Shown piece by piece: positions 1 to 13,308 of a stretch of 64,000 bases of DNA. The translations under genes were made by a program, and so were the position numbers. The stretch is from the human T2T-CHM13v2.0 reference genome, Homo sapiens, in the NCBI RefSeq assembly GCF_009914755.1, contig NC_060934.1, one strand, 5' to 3'. Numbering within the stretch: position 1 is the first letter of the stretch; every line of letters starts with the position of its first letter. The notes under the pieces are model-generated. The model had not been told where the DNA came from. It did not search any database and was given only the letters and a program-made list of their open reading frames with translations.

Positions 1-386
1 ATCCTCCCAAATGTGCTAGCTGGCCAAGGATTGGGCTCCTTATGAAAGATGTCAATGGTTCAGATCAAAAGCTTTCAAAAACTTGAGAGTAAAAGGAATA
101 ATCTGCTTCTTTACACATAGTCTTCAAAAAGTATCCATTCTTAACAAAAAATTTTCCTCTGTGGTTTAATAGATGCCAAGACTTCAGATTTTCAAGACTT
201 TGGAGATTAAGATCTCCTGTGAGTTCCCCTCATTAATCCATATTGCCCTTGGTTTATTCCAAGGGCATTAAAGCGTGAAGAGGGCTTCGGGCCAGCCAGT
301 GCTCAAGGCCAGCATCCACTGCTCCCATCTGAAGCAGGGAAATTCATGACACATTGTTTGCTTCTTCAAAACAGGTTCTCAGGGCC

Positions 387-404
387 AAAAAAAAAAAAAA
401 AAAA
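387..404. repeat. A18 mononucleotide run
   Basis: 18 consecutive A read directly. Confidence 0.9.
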
Positions 405-1303
405 TGCATATCTCATTAGTTCTTTAAGCCAGGCAGTTTCATAATTGAGGTTTAGTACTTTTAATGTTCAGATTGAATCCTTCATCAGAACCTCCAACCT
501 CATGGCTTGTGTTTGGGATTTGGGATAATAATGTGGTGACAAAGATTCACTCTGCAGAAAAAATAAAAGATATTCCAAAGGAGGTATTTTTAGTTTAGTA
601 AAAGAAAGGTTTTCTGGAGAAATGAGGAAGTGTTTGATTTTTCTAGCTTTTATCTTTTGCCATGGATATACTGCTGAGGCAAATGAAATGTCTTGTTCCT
701 CGGGCGCACCAACATCACCTTTTAATGACAAGCCATTAACTTCAGTTAAAAAGTGGTGCTCTGGTGAAAATGCAGGCGATGGAGCGAGATTGCCTGTAAT
801 CTCTTATGAAGAACCCAGGAATCTGACCTTCAGAAGCATGCGAAGGAGAGGGAAAAAATTCAGAGTAGATCTTTTGGAAGAGAGGGTGGGGAACTTAACT
901 CCTATGGAGGCCTAAAAGGTAAAGGACAGGAACACAGCTGGGCAGGGAAAATAACAAAGCAAGTACCACCTGGGTGGTGCAGGATGTGAACTGAAGGTGA
1001 CATGTTATACCCCAAAGGGTCAGCAACTGCTCAAAAAGTGCCCAATTTAGGTCACGCAGAAATGTGGGCTCAGTGATGCTCCATCTAGGAAATTTTTTTT
1101 CAAAAAAGATGAAGATCCAGATCTTATGTAAAATCTTCTTATATATAAATGCTTGTCCAGATTCATAAAAACATGATATGACCAAGCAGAAAATGATGGA
1201 GGTTTGCACCTTTCGGTTTAGAACGTCAGTATTACACCAAACTTCTTATGAAGTCAGTGGTCATATGTTGTTCAAGTGAGCAGTTTGTGGTTCCAAAACT
1301 CAA

Positions 1304-1413
1304 ATATATGTATGTATGTGTATATATATATATATATATACACACACACATATATATATATATACACACACATATATATATATACACACACACACACACA
1401 TATATATATATAT
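1304..1413. repeat. Compound (TA)n/(CA)n microsatellite
   Basis: Alternating TA and CA blocks over ~110 bp; explains the YIYI/HTHT ORFs at 1232-1566. Confidence 0.95.
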
Positions 1414-1479
1414 GTAATTTTTGGGGGTGGAAGTAAGGATACAACTGGCTGTCTCATAAACATTATATATGACTGGAAA

Positions 1480-1830
1480 GAAATAACCCCCAGGGTTCAT
1501 GGGGACAGGCCTGGGAACCAGAAATTGGGAATTGTAGTATCTGTCTCTGTGTCTTTCTAAAGCCACATGGTCCTGTGTTTCTGCCTTTCTAGAAACACCC
1601 CTCCATTTCTCTCTGCAGGCCAGCTTCCTCTATTTCTAGGTAATGCTGCTCCACATACATGACTTTTTAGCTCCAGAACCTACCAACAATGGATGGCAGT
1701 CTCTATATCTCACTCTAGAGAACTGGATTGGCTGAGGTAAGGCTATGAATTGGTTTCCCTGGGTAAACAGCTGTTTGCTGGTCCAATTACCAATGGCTGG
1801 ACAGAGATTGAGTTGGGTTGAGGCAGAACG
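1480..1830. mobile_element. Old MaLR LTR remnant (MLT1J/K-like)
   Basis: ctggattggctgagg...ccctgggtaaacagctg...ggtccaattaccaatggctgg resembles the MLT1J/K terminal segment (recalled consensus); boundaries approximate. Confidence 0.35.
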
Positions 1831-2349
1831 TAATGTAATCAAAGATCCATGGGCAGGTTAGATTAAGACAAAAGGGGAAGTTAAATGTGGAAATAGATTG
1901 GCTGACATCATATATACTACACATACTAATGTTTATATTTTTTATTTTAAATGCTGACAAATTTAAGTTAAGAAATAATATGTGATTATTGAAGAAAGTC
2001 TGGGAAATTCTGCAAAGGCTAAACAACAAAATCACTCGTAATCTCATTACCCAAAGTCCAGTGCAAATATTTTGATATATTTACTTCCAGTACTTTATTT
2101 TATAGATCTCAAAATGCTACAAGAGAAAATCTTTTGTTTTCTTCCAACAAAGAATTTACTTTACATTTTAACGGAAAATTTTAGTTGATTATTGATAAAA
2201 ACTCATCAACTTCCTGCCTCTACAACTCTGAATATAGCCCAATAGCAATGTTTAATCTTTTTTCTTTCCATTTCAGAAGACAAAATATTATTCCACTTCT
2301 TCAATACCAATTCCTCTATTTCTGTTCTTAATCTTATCCCCACATATTT

Positions 2350-5300
2350 TCTTTTTTTTTTTTAACTTTTTTTTTTCTTTCTTTTTTAACTTTTATTTTA
2401 GGCTCAAGGGTACATGAGGTACCACATTTTTTAAATCCTGTCTTCCACTGATGAGCATTTACATTGGTTCCATGTCTTTGCTATTGTGAATAGAGCTTCA
2501 ATGAACATGTGTGTGCACGTGTCTTTATGGTAGAATGATATCAGTTCCTTAGGGTATATACCCACTAATGGAATTGCTGGGTCAAATGGTAGTTCTTTTT
2601 TTAGCTCTTTGAGGAATCATCACGCTTCTTTCCACATGGTTGAAACTTACACTCCCACCAACAGTGTATAAGTGTTCCCCTTTCTCTGCAACCTTGCCAA
2701 GCATCTGTTATTTTTTTAGTTTTTAAAAATAGCCATTCTGACTGGTGAGAGATGATATCTCATTGTGATTTTGATTTACATTTCTCTAATGATTAGTGAT
2801 GTTGAACATTTATTCATATGTTTTTTGGACATGTGTATGTCTTCTTTTAAAAAGTGTTTGTTCATGTCCTTTGCCCACTTCTTATTGAGATTGTTTTTTT
2901 CTTGTAAATTTGTTTAAGTTCCTTATAGATGTGGGATATTAGACCTTTGTCAGATGCATAGTTTGCCAATATTTTCTCTCATTTTGTTTATTATTCTGTT
3001 GATAGTTTCTTTTTCTGTGCAGAAGCTCTTAAGTTTAATTAGATCCCATTTGTCAATTTTTGCTTTTGTTGTGATTGCTTTTGATGTCTTCATCATGAAA
3101 TCTTTTCCAATTCCTATATCCAGAAGGGAATTGCCTAGGTTGCCTTCCAGAGTTTTTATAATTTGAGGCTTCACATTTAAGTCTTTAATCCATCTTAAGT
3201 TGATTTTTGTGTATGGTGTAAGGAAGGGGTCCAGCTTCAATCTGCTGCATATGGCTAGCCAATTATCCCAGTACCATTTATTGAACAGAGAGTACTTCCC
3301 CCATTGCTTGTTTTTGTCAGCTTTATCAAATATCTGATGGTTGTAGGTGTGCAGTCCTATTTCTGGGCTCTCTATTTTTTTCCATTGGTCTATGTGTCTG
3401 TTTTTATACCATACCATGCTGTTTTGGTTACTGTAGCCCTGTAATATAGTTTGAAGTTGAGTAATGTGACGTCACCAGCTTTGTTCTTTTTGCTTAACAT
3501 TGCCTTAGCTATTCCACATGAATTTTAAAATTGTTTTCTTCCAGTTCTGTGAAGAATGTCATCAGTAGTTTGACAGGAATAGCATGGAATCTGTAAATTG
3601 CTTTGGTCAATATGGCCATTTTAATGATATTGATTCTTTCTATCAATGAGCATGGAATTTTTTTTTTCATTTGTTTGTGTCATCTCTGATTTCTTTGAGC
3701 AGTATTTTGTAATTCTCATTGTACAGACCTTTCACCTCCCTGGTTGGCTGTATTCCGAGGTATTTTATTATTTTTGTGGCAATTGTGAATGGGGAGCTTT
3801 TCTGATTTGGCTCTCAGCTTGACTGTTGTTGGTGCATTGGAATACTAGTGACTCTTGTACATTGATTTTGTATCCCGAAACTTTGCTAAAGTTTTTTATC
3901 AGCTGAGGGAGGCTTTGGGTTAACACTATGGGGTTTTCTAGTTATAGAATCATGTCATCTGCAAACAGGGATAATTTGACATTCTCCCTTCCCATTTGGA
4001 TGCCATTTATTTCTTTCTTTTGCCTGATTTCTCTGCCCAGAACTTCCACTACTATGTTAAATAGGAGTGGTGCGAGAGAGCATCTTTGACTTGTGCCAGT
4101 TTTTGAGGGGAATGCTTCCAGCTTTTGCCCATTTAATACCATGTTGGCTGTGGGTTTATCTCTTATTATTTTGAGATATGTTTCTTTAATACCTAGTTTC
4201 TTGAGAATTTTTAACATAAAAGGGTGTTGAACTTTATTGAAAGCCTTTTCTGCATCTATTGAAATAATCATGTGATTTTTGTCTTTAGTTCTGTTTCTGT
4301 GATGAATCACATTTATTGATTTGCATACATTGAATCAACCTTGCAATCCAGAGATAAAGCCTACTTGATCATGGTGGATTAGCCTTTTGGTATGCTGCTG
4401 GATTCAGTTTGCAAGTATTTTGTTGAGGAGCTTTGCAACAATGTTCATCAAGGATATTGGCCTTAAGTTTTGTTTTTGTTGTGTCTCTGCCAGGTTTTGG
4501 TATCAAGATGATGCTTGCCTCATAGAATGAGCTGGGGAGAAGTCCCTCCTCCTCAATTTTTGGGAATAGTTTCAGTAGGAATAGTACCAGCACTTCTTTG
4601 TACATCTCGTAGAATTTGACTATAAATCCGTCTGGTTCTGGGCTTTTTTTGGTTGGTAGACTCTTTATTACTTATTCAATTTTGGAGCTTGTTATTGGTC
4701 TATTCAAGGATTTAATTTCTTCCTAGCTCAGTCTTGGGAGGGTGTATGTGTCCAGGAATTTATCCGTCTCTTCTTGGTTTTCTAGTTTGTGTGCTTAAAG
4801 CTGTTTGTATGTAGTAGTCACTGATGGTTATTTGTATTTTTGTGGGGTTAGTGGTAACATATACTTTGTCATTTCTGATTGTGTGTATTTTGATCTTCTT
4901 TCTTTTCTTCTTTATTAATCTAGCTAGTGACCTATTGATCTTATTAATTTTTTTCAAAAAGCCATTCATTGATCTTTTGAATGGCTTTTCATGTCTCAAT
5001 CTCTTTCAGTTCAGCTGTGATTTTCATTATTTCTTGTCTTCTGCTAGTTTCAGAGTTGATTTGCTCTTGTTTCCCTATTATTTTAGTTGGATGTTAGGTT
5101 GTTAATTTGAGATCATTCTAACTTTTTGATGTAAGCATTTGGTGTTATAAATTTTCCCCTTAATATTGCTTTAGCTGTGACCCAGAGAGTCTGGTATGTA
5201 GTATCCTTGTTCTCATTAGTTCCAAAGAATTCTCTATTTCTGCATTAATTTCATTATTTACCCCAAAGTTATATAAATGCATGACTTTGAGTGATTTTTT

Positions 5301-5412
5301 TTAGTCTTTTTTAGTCTTGATTTCTATTTTTATTGCACTGTGGTCTGAGAGCCTGTTTGGTAGATTTCTATTCTTTTGCATTTGCTGAGGAGTGTTTTAT
5401 GTCCAATTGTGT
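2350..5412 (-). mobile_element. 5'-truncated LINE-1 (older L1PA/L1PB type), ~3 kb: poly(A) tail, 3'UTR and broken ORF2
   Basis: Poly-T at ~2350-2400. Minus-strand ORFs 2950-3417 ([10 protein letters not shown]...[14 protein letters not shown]), 3942-4310 ([14 protein letters not shown]...[11 protein letters not shown] motif), 4369-4605 and 4760-4999 are L1 ORF2 fragments separated by frameshifts. Confidence 0.97.
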
Positions 5413-5419
5413 AACGTAA

Positions 5420-6125
5420 GTAATACATTTTAAGAAAGACTTAAAAATATGTATAATCTTTGATCCTGCAATTTCTTACTTAATGATTCATACAGAAGAA
5501 ATTCTCAGAGATGTGTATAATAATGTATGTATGAATACATTTATGAATGTACTCATGATCATAGTCAGAAACTGGAAACATCTGAAACATCCAACAATAA
5601 AGGATTGGTTGAGAAAAGTGTAAAACAGACACCAGATGGAATATTTTGTGAAAAATAGAATTTTTTTTTGAGAACCAGCCTGGGCAAAATAGCAAGACCT
5701 TACCTCCACAAAGAATTTTAAAAGTTAACAGACTTCTGTGGCATGTACTTATATTCCCAGTTACTTTGGAGGCTGAGATGGTATGATTCCTTGAGCCTAG
5801 GAGTTTGAGACTGCAGTGAACTGTGATTATGCCACTGCATTCCAACCTTGGTGACAGAGTGAGATCTTATGTCTTAAAAAATATATTGGAGAAATATATT
5901 TAGAGTGTTTACAATAATTTGCTAAGCAGGCTACCAAATTACATGTGCAATATATGCATATTTTTGTATAAAATTATATACATATTAAAAGAACTTGGAA
6001 GATATTCACCAAACTGTTAATAATGGTAGTCTCCAGGTAGTAGAATAATGAGTCGTTTTCACTTTTTGCTTTTCAGTATTTTCCAGTATTTCTGCATTGA
6101 GCATGTATTAGTTTTGTAATATGTA
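5420..6125 (+). mobile_element. Old L1ME-type 3' end, interrupted by an Alu fragment
   Basis: tttgatcctgcaatttc...aaactggaaacatctgaaacatccaacaataaaggattggtt and terminal gatattcaccaaactgttaataatggt...gcatgtattagttttgtaat. Confidence 0.6.
5668..5882 (+). mobile_element. 5'-truncated AluJ
   Basis: accagcctgggcaaaatagcaagacc, A-rich linker, then right arm cttgagcctaggagtttgagactgcagtgaactgtgat...gtgacagagtgagat (J-type diagnostics). Confidence 0.88.
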
Positions 6126-6679
6126 AAGAAACCCATCCAATACATACAATACAGGAAGAAAGAAATTTTCTGACAAGGAACTGCATGAAAATGAAGAATA
6201 AAATTATGGTGAGAGAGTGTTTTGCAGTTTCCAAGCTCAGTAAAGAGTGAGACTGATATTGAGCTCCTTGATTAGAATTTCTTTTAGAAAGCTGTCTAAC
6301 CATGTGAGACAAATTCGAAATGTAGGCACTTCCTTTCTTGTCTTATAAATATGTTGTATGTAATTAAAATGCATCCCTCTTCCTTTCATAATTGAGATCT
6401 CTCAAGTTTTCATTGGATTTTTTCCCTGACGACTTTTATTTTCTTTTAAAATGCCAAAGATAATATGTCTATATTATACACAATCAGAAAAATATTAAAA
6501 GATACAAAGAAGCAGAAAAAAGTCCCTCAGTTCCACCGAGTCACCTTTCTGAACCTCAGTGAGTCAAGGAAGATTGAAATGAAATTATACTGGTATGCTC
6601 AGGAACTTAGTATTTCCACTAGATTGGAAGTGGATTGAGATGTGTACATGCATATTTCCTTTCTTCTTAGAGGTAAAAT

Positions 6680-6721
6680 GCAACAAAACAACAACAATAA
6701 CAGCAGCAGCAACAGCAACAA
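6680..6721. repeat. Degenerate (CAA/CAG)n tract
   Basis: caacaaaacaaacaataacagcagcagcaacagcaaca. Confidence 0.6.
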
Positions 6722-9700
6722 TTCTGGTTAGTTTCCGAGGGTTCTACAACACTGAATTCTAAATAATCAAGAATTTACTTCCTTTGTAATAAACTAAGCA
6801 TATTTTCAAAGGCTAAGTACTAAAATACTTCCTGAACATATCTGACTCTGCAGGTAAAATGAGATTATTTCCTCTGGTTTCTCTCTACCACTTTATTTTT
6901 AATTCAGAAATAGATCACTCTGTGAAATAGGTAGAAGATGGTTGCTAAGGAGGTTTGGAACGGCTGAAAGATGACTCCCATGATGTTAAAATGCTGAGGC
7001 AATTGAACAGCCACCAAAGAAATACAAAAGGACAGAGATAGCCCCTCAAATGGTCTGAGATTGAGGCCTATGGAGGCTATTTGGTTTCTTAACATTTGCG
7101 TTAAAATGAAATAAAAGTATATATTTTATTTAATGCTCGTGGTTTAAAAGATCAAATAGTATAGAAACACATAGAAGGAAAAACCGTAATTCTTGCCTTC
7201 CGGTAATTTCCTTACTCCATTTCCACTTCTCAGAGATAACTACTTATCATTATCTCTGCTTTTGTCTATTCATGTGTTTTTTTCCATTTCTTCATATACA
7301 AATTTTCATATTGCTGTTTCCAAATTTATTTTTCTTAATTTATCACTATTCTGTCTACTAACAGTAGATAAGGATTTATTTAGCTTAATAATACTGACCT
7401 TTATAGTCTCATCCTCACCTCTATCCAAAGGTACACATAGGTCCTTCACAGGTCATTTTTGCACCACTCAACAATATTACATCATCATTTCTTGTTCCAT
7501 TATAATTGACAGTATCTACTGATTTCTTATCATGAAGATAATGGAATCCATGTTCCTACACTTCTTCCACATTCGTCCTCCCTTCATCTATTCTGTTCTT
7601 GGTAAGGTTGGAAATGTATACATTCTGTTCAGTAATTATAGTAAAGCATTTTGTACTTTGCCTACAAGATGATTCTAAAAATTTAAAATAAGGATAATTC
7701 ATATTATTTAAACAGGATATAACAGTATTTTCCATCTCAATGTCTTTGTTCTACTTGGGAGATTTGCTTAATTTACTATTACAATATGTCTATTAATTTT
7801 TCAAAATTTGAGAAATTTTGGATTTCTAAGAGTCTTCTTTTGTCTTTGTACTTTTTTCATGGTACCCTCTTTTTGGCTTATGGTTGCAATATCTTCTCAA
7901 CGTTCTCTTTGAAGACCAATTGGAAGTACTTTTGTTCTCTCTCTCTTACTCTCACTCTCTCCCCCTTTACTTCTATTTTATCTTCAGTCACTTTTGTCTA
8001 TTGCCTTTATTGTGCATGTTTCAGCTTTTTCTCAAATCTCATCATTGGGGGCATTAAGAAACTGACCATAAGCCCTGTGTATGTGAATATGACTTGTTGA
8101 AGGGGAAGGAATAAATTATGGAAGAGATGATAGGAAACCAGAGATTATGCATTGGGACTCCTAAATACCAGAATGACGAGAGATTTGCTCCATGTTGCTC
8201 ATTCCTTCACTGACTGCCCTACCTCTTCACAGATAATTTATTCAACATATCCAGAGGACACTCCTTTCCCAACCCCCAGGGGAAAGGATACATATATCTC
8301 ACTTCAGAGTGCTCTGCCTGGGTAGATGAGAGAAAGAGTGTTGACAATTCCATCTATAGGCTTTCAATTAACCCTTCTCTTTTCAAGCCTATGCTTTGAA
8401 TCTGTCCTCCATCATATTTGTTCTCTTACAGATTGCAATCCACTTAACTAGTATCCTTGGTTATGGCCTTCTCCGTCTTTCTCCAACAGTCTTCAGACTC
8501 ATCTGTCTGTTTTTTTGTCTTATAAAAATTTTATGAAATGTCTTGATTACAGATGATTTCACTCTCGTTCTCTTTGTTGCTGTTGGGTTATATCTATCTG
8601 TTCCTTTAGTAACAGTATGATGGTGTCCCAAAAGAGAGAGGAGATAAACGCTGATGCCATATTGAGATATAAGCCCCTGCTACAATTTCGTCTAAGAAAT
8701 TTTCTGGACTGTAAGTTCAGAACAATTAGAGGCTATCAATATCCTAGCAAGAGGCATACAATACAAGAGTTAATAGGTACATAGGTTTCATATAGCATCA
8801 GGCTACCAAGTATTACCCTAGAAGAGGAAGGAGGATATAACTTTTGATTGAGAGTGACAAGAGATCTGTTGCTTTTGAAAGGTGGTGGATTGTGATTCAG
8901 ACATTCACAGTCACAAATTCTATTCAATTGATGCATTCAGAAAAGCAATAGCTGACAATTATGATGTATGTTGCACAGCAAAAATAGGTGGTCAGAGGTA
9001 AAGTGATGTTTTTAATAACAAAATAACAGATTCTAGTATTTTTAATAGATTGTAAGACAAAGAAAATGCACTAGTATATACTGACTGAGACTTTGAAATG
9101 CTGAGAAACATCAAAGTTGCCTAAAAAGATAATTAGGGACCCCAAAACGTGCACAGTTATTATAGTGGATCTTCTAATAGCCCTTTAAAAGTTAAATACT
9201 CTCACATCAAGATAAGATCATTTCCTTCAGGATGTAGGCTGCTGCTATTTACAAAAGGCAAAGCATATTCCAAGTGAGCAGACTAGCACTTTGTTTTGAC
9301 TATTAACTTCTATAGGACACTCATTGATGCCAGCTATCATTTTCTAAGTGTTCACTTTATGCCACTACTGTACTAGATACTTTACATATATTACTAGGTA
9401 TCTAGTATAACATATGCCTTTCCAATATATCTTAATAATTTTTAACTACTTATTAATGCTATATATTATTTATTAATATAAATCATTATACATCCAGTGA
9501 ACAATCTTATTCTTTCAGATACATCACTTAATAAATCCAGTGGTCAAAATCTAGAGAGAGCAGTATTTAGTTGTCTGCACAAATGAAGTTTTGTAAGGTA
9601 AAAGTAGATTTTGTCAAGTGCCTCTTCCTATGAGACCTCAGATATGCATAGAGTGTTTTACACAGGTTTTATGCACTATATCATTTTTAAAATAGGGAAG

Positions 9701-9934
9701 AACATTTTAGCATTACAAGTTGTAGGAATTATAAGACGGAATTTTAAAAATTAAGTGAACAAATGCTTAGAAAAATGAATGATTTGTAAAGCAATGTCTT
9801 CATATTTCATTATTGACATAGGAACTGATAAGGCACAGTTTTCATATGATGTATGTTGCAGGCTTGGCAATGCGATCCCCAGGTAAACCTTCTGGAGACA
9901 GTGAAAGTCACACTCAAATATGTTTAGATTTGAA

Positions 9935-10085
9935 CTCTTCACAAAACCCTGTGAAATAGATAAAACTACTTGTTAAGCAGGAAGGAAAACAGAAGCCCAG
10001 AAAAGTCACTTTGCCAAGCACATCAATGCTGGTTCAATGGTAGAGTCAGGATTCAAATCAAGATCTAGTACTACAGTATCTCCAG
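9935..10085 (-). mobile_element. MIR remnant
   Basis: cttcacaaaaccctgtgaaatag...gaaaacagaagcccagaaaagtcactttgccaag...ggattcaaatc matches the antisense MIR core. Confidence 0.65.
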
Positions 10086-11772
10086 CTTCTTTCACTACCT
10101 TGCCTTCATTCTCCAAACAGCAGGCAGTCTCAGACCATTTGCCTCTTTGAGAGGCCCCTCACTTTATTTAAGAACTGAAAGGTAAGAAAAAAAAACCTTA
10201 CTTTTATGATTGACCCTGCAAAGGTATTCTTTATATGCTCACCTGGTGGGTCATATAATTCACTTCCACATTAGTTCCCTTCACTTGGATTCCATGTGAC
10301 ATAAGAAAGACAGGCCAGTGCAGTAGTCATGATGTTCAGAGAAAATTATTCATCAAAATATTGAATTATGATTGCTATGAGACCTGCCTGTCAGCGTAAT
10401 ATTTTAAAAACCATCTAATTTGAGCATAAGTATAGACATGAAGTAATTATTCACCATCAGCTCAGCTGAAAGGGTGGCCATTTCCTTTTGAAATTTGCAT
10501 CTGAAAACCCCAAAGTTTGAGCTGTCAGGGCACATCATTGCCTTGCCACAGAGATGTTCTTCTGTTGCCATTTCTTTGAGCATCACTCTATTTCTCTGAT
10601 CTTTGTTTTTCTTTCTTCCAGCACATTCTTGACAATGTGAAGGTCTGTGCACTCCAATTCAGGTAGAATACCCCAGTTCTGTCTCAGCAATGCTCTAGTC
10701 TCCTGTTGACACTATTGAGGTGCTTACAGTCTATCACCATAATGCCGGTGTGGTTCTGAGTCTCTTTGGCCAAAGCAGAATTTTGCAACATGTTCCTTGT
10801 GCTGGGATGCCTGAAACTTTCTCCCCATTAAGGCACATCATCCTCTCTCCTCTATCACTTTTAAGCTACACCTTGACATAGAGTTATGTCTTCTTAAAAT
10901 ACCTTAATTTCAGTAGTTTTTTCGCCATTCATTTTTGGCCCCTGGAAAGCCAGCCGATGGTCTTGAAAGAAAATTTCTTAGATTTAAATAGATATACTTT
11001 TGTGTAAGTAACAATTTAAACCAGTTAGAATGAAGTGCCTAAAGTTTTCTTCACACGGAATTAAGCTCTCAATAAATGTTAGTTTGTTTATCTCCTACCT
11101 GGTTTAGATACTGTGCTGGCTATTTGTGTGTGTGTTGCTGTTGTTTTTGGTTTATAACTGCTCAGAACTCAGATTGAATTCTATAAGAATGTGCTGCTTA
11201 CCTGGATTTCTAGCTTGATCCAGGTGTTTTGTATATATTTATATCTTTTTATAGATACCTATAAGTCTGTATCTATCTGTAGATACCTATTTATCTATCT
11301 ATATATCTACATATATGTATATATATGTCATATGCATTAAGTGAATTTCTCTTATATCTAATGAAGTATTTAATAAATGCTCTTTCATGGTGATTTGAGT
11401 CTCAGATTCATCTTCATAGAGGATTTGGTGATAATCTGTAGAAAGCATAATTCTACAGATTATGCTAGTAATCTGTACTACTAGCCCTTGTGCCAGTCTG
11501 GTCCAGGTCATCCTCAGAAGATGGTCTGACCTAGGATTTTTGCTTCATGCTTCAGGGCTCATCCAACTAATTTCTGAATGTTATTAGCTTTTCCTTACAT
11601 ATGTGACCAAAATATAATCTTTGGGTAGTGTACTTTTCCCATGAATATCTGTAGATACATAATTGGTTTTTAATAGCATTTATGTAATAGAGTGGCTAAG
11701 TGTACTGAGTGAGTTATAATATGTAAAATACCCGAAGAAGTTCTGTACATCTAATAAGGACCATGTCTGCAT

Positions 11773-11950
11773 TTGGACTGTGAAGTCAGACCTCTTACAT
11801 TCTAGTTCCAGCTCTGCCACTTCCTAGCTGTGCTATCCATAACAATAGAACTACTTCACAAGGTATTGTGAGATTAAATGTAGTAAAGTATTAAAATGCT
11901 TCAAATAATGCCCAGCAACAAAAAGCCAGATACGTTAGCAGTATTTTATC
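11773..11950 (+). mobile_element. MIR with central deletion
   Basis: ggactgtgaagtcagac...ccagctctgccacttcctagctgtg...ttgtgagattaaatg. Confidence 0.7.
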
Positions 11951-12761
11951 AGTAGCGTTAAAATCACTATTCTTAATGAAAGCTTTGCATTTATCTATAG
12001 TGTTTGAGTATGATTCCCCTCCCTGATCTTTCATTCCACCCTGACCTCCGGGCTCTCCTGTTAAAGGCCCTCTAACTTTACTCAGGTTGGCTCAGCAAAT
12101 GCTTTCTAGCTGCCCATTCTTGGCCTTACCTGCCCACGCATGTGTCATGTGATAAGACATCTCTTTTCCTTCATTTCTTTTCTACTGCATCCAAGAACTT
12201 CACTTAAAAAAAAAAAAGAAAAAGAAACTTTTTCTTGCTTCCCAAACCTGTTTTTACACAAAAAAGCTTACTTTTGCCCCAAGTACCCCAACAGATGAGC
12301 TCATATACTTTCACATGTGACATTATCTCCCCGGACACTGATGAGAGACAGTGAGGAGGGTGGAAGGCAGGTGGATGATATTCTTTGAAAAATGCTGGCT
12401 CCAGCTTTATTGCTGAACTGTGGAGCCCATCTCTTATTTTAGGTAGTCTTTAGCTTTTGCTTTAGCCTTACATTTTTTCTGCACTGATTAGCATTCATTG
12501 CGACCTGCAACTATTCAAGGGTGGGTGTTTTAAAACTCTCTTGCAGAAAGATAGTTCTTGGAGTTCAAGGAGACAGTGGCTTCCTGATTGTACAGCATAA
12601 GAAACTTCCTCTGTAATATCATTAAATACCCTGCCGGCATTACTCTTAGGTCAACTCCTGCACAACATAGTATGAGTTACACTTTCAAGTGTTACCACAC
12701 TCAATTCTTACAACAGCCATACGTAATATTATTCCTGCTTAATAGATAAATGGAGGGGCAC

Positions 12762-13308
12762 CGTGGCGATTCCTCAAGGATCTAGAACTAGAAATACCAT
12801 TTGACCCAGCCATCCCATTACTGGGTATATACCCAAAGGATTATAAATCATGCTGCTATAAAGACACATGCACACGTATGTTTCTTCACAATAGCAAAGA
12901 CTTGGAACCAACCCAAATGTCCATCAATGATAGACTGGATTAAGAAAATGTGGCACATATACAGCCATAAAAAAGGATGAGTTCATGTCTTTTGTAGGGA
13001 CATGGATGAAGCTGGAAACCATCATTCTTAGCAAACTATCACAAGGACAAAAAACCAAACACTGCATGTTCTCACTCATAGGTGGGAATTGAACAATGAG
13101 AACACTTGGACACAGTAAGGGGAACATTATGCACTGGGGCCTGTTGTGGGGTGGGGGGATGGGGGAGGGATAGCATTAGGAGATATACCTAATGTAAATG
13201 ATGAGTTATTGGGTGCAGCACACCAATATGGCACATGTATACATATGTAACAAACCTGCACATTGTGCACATGTACCCTAGAACTTAAAGTATAAAAAAA
13301 AAAGAAAG
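12762..13308 (+). mobile_element. Young L1PA (L1PA4/5-like) 3' fragment with 14-bp TSD
   Basis: gtggcgattcctcaaggatctagaactagaaatacc...G-rich tract...aacttaaagtata plus A tail; TSD AAATGGAGGGGCAC at 12748-12761 and 13309-13322. Confidence 0.97.

Noticed and set aside
1232-1566. Cluster of overlapping ORFs (YIYIY/HTHT)
   Set aside because: Artefact of the stop-free TA/CA microsatellite.
2950-4999. ORFs with reverse-transcriptase similarity
   Set aside because: Frameshifted fragments of a dead L1 ORF2, not a functional gene or a novel retroelement.
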